Shown here: positions 37,126 to 38,121 of the stretch, piece by piece
How positions within the stretch are numbered: the stretch's first letter is position 1
How the letters are laid out: every line of letters starts with the position of its first letter
Virus record (IMG/VR): IMGVR_UViG_2563366897_000009
From: a virus
Lineage: Duplodnaviria > Heunggongvirae > Uroviricota > Caudoviricetes
Strand: one strand, 5' to 3'
DNA: 38,121 bases
Notes under the pieces: model-generated
Told to the model about the DNA's origin: nothing
Databases searched by the model: none
The model's input: only the letters and a program-made list of their open reading frames with translations
Position numbers and translations under genes: made by a program

Positions 37126-38121
37126 ATGATACAACCTATTTCCGGCCCTCCTCCTGGGCAACCACCAGGTCAGGGAGATAACCTGCCGTCTGGCGCGGGC
37201 AATCAGCCTTTATCCAGTCAGCAACGTACTTCGCTGGAAAGCTTAATGACGAAAGTGACCTCACTGACGCAACAACAAAGAGCAGAACTGTGGGCGGGTA
37301 TCAGGCACGATATTGGTCTGTCGGGAGATTCACCGCTGCTTTCGCGTCACTTCCCTGCCGCTGAGCATAATCTGGCGCAACGTCTGTTGGCCGCGCAGAA
37401 AAGCCATTCTGCCCGCCAGCTTTTAGCGCAATTAGGGGAGTATTTACGTCTGGGGAATAATCGTCAGGCGGTCACGGATTATATCCGTCATAACTTTGGT
37501 CAGACGCCGCTGAATCAGCTCTCACCGGAGCAATTAAAAACCATTCTCACCCTGTTGCAGGAAGGGAAGATGGTTATTCCGCAACCACAGCAGCGCGAGG
37601 CGACCGACCGTCCTTTATTACCGGCGGAGCACAATGCGCTCAAACAGCTGGTGACCAAACTTGCGGCAGCAACGGGGGAACCCAGCAAACAGATCTGGCA
37701 ATCGATGCTGGAACTTTCCGGGGTGAAAGATGGCGAGTTAATTCCAGCGAAACTGTTTAACCATCTGGTGACCTGGCTACAGGCGCGTCAGACGCTAAGC
37801 CAGCAAAATACGCCGACGCTTGAATCACTACAGATGGCGCTGAAACAACCTTTAGATGCCAGTGAACTGGCGGCGTTATCGGCATATATCCAGCAAAAAT
37901 ATGGCCTTTCTGCGCAATCATCGCTTTCTTCTGCCCAGGCCGAGGATATTCTTAACCAGCTTTATCAACGGCGGGTTAAAGGGATTGAGCCGCGTGATAT
38001 GCAACCGCTGCTTAATCCTTTTCCACCGATGATGGACACGTTGCAAAATATGGCAACGCGTCCCGCGCTGTGGATACTGTTAGTCGCGATTATCCTGATG
38101 CTGGTCTGGCTGGTTCGTTAA
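37126..38121 (+). CDS. flk: host flagellar regulator Flk (C-terminal membrane anchor)
   Basis: 331 aa; Pro/Gln-rich N-terminus and hydrophobic C-terminal anchor match E. coli Flk as recalled; lies outside attR. Confidence 0.7.
   Translation: MIQPISGPPPGQPPGQGDNLPSGAGNQPLSSQQRTSLESLMTKVTSLTQQQRAELWAGIRHDIGLSGDSPLLSRHFPAAEHNLAQRLLAAQKSHSARQLLAQLGEYLRLGNNRQAVTDYIRHNFGQTPLNQLSPEQLKTILTLLQEGKMVIPQPQQREATDRPLLPAEHNALKQLVTKLAAATGEPSKQIWQSMLELSGVKDGELIPAKLFNHLVTWLQARQTLSQQNTPTLESLQMALKQPLDASELAALSAYIQQKYGLSAQSSLSSAQAEDILNQLYQRRVKGIEPRDMQPLLNPFPPMMDTLQNMATRPALWILLVAIILMLVWLVR

Overview
The window holds an essentially complete P2-like (Peduovirus-type) prophage of about 37 kb, bounded by a 19-bp imperfect direct repeat (11..29 and 36941..36959), with the host gene flk immediately to its right. 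From the left it runs: integrase, repressor C and Cox; a block of small early genes; replication endonuclease A; an accessory hotspot between A and Q; portal Q and terminase P; the capsid, lysis and baseplate genes O through I; tail fibre H; a Pin/Gin-type invertible segment and its invertase; the tail block FI-FII-E/E'-T-U; then D and ogr; and a second cargo region before attR. Four things stand out. (1) The A-Q hotspot carries an R1-type parMR cassette with palindromic repeats upstream, followed by an AT-rich two-gene operon of small membrane proteins with no function I can assign; this is my best candidate for an undescribed defence or exclusion system. (2) The invertible tail-fibre segment is flanked by recognisable 26-bp crossover sites, but both alternative fibre arms are broken by in-frame stop codons and no tail-fibre assembly gene is left. 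(3) The FI-to-U tail block is inverted relative to H, D and ogr, unlike the canonical P2 order. (4) The ogr-att cargo carries a Hok-family type I toxin, a zinc-ribbon membrane protein and a Cys-repeat secreted protein. All calls rest on reading the sequence and on recalled family signatures; no database search was run.
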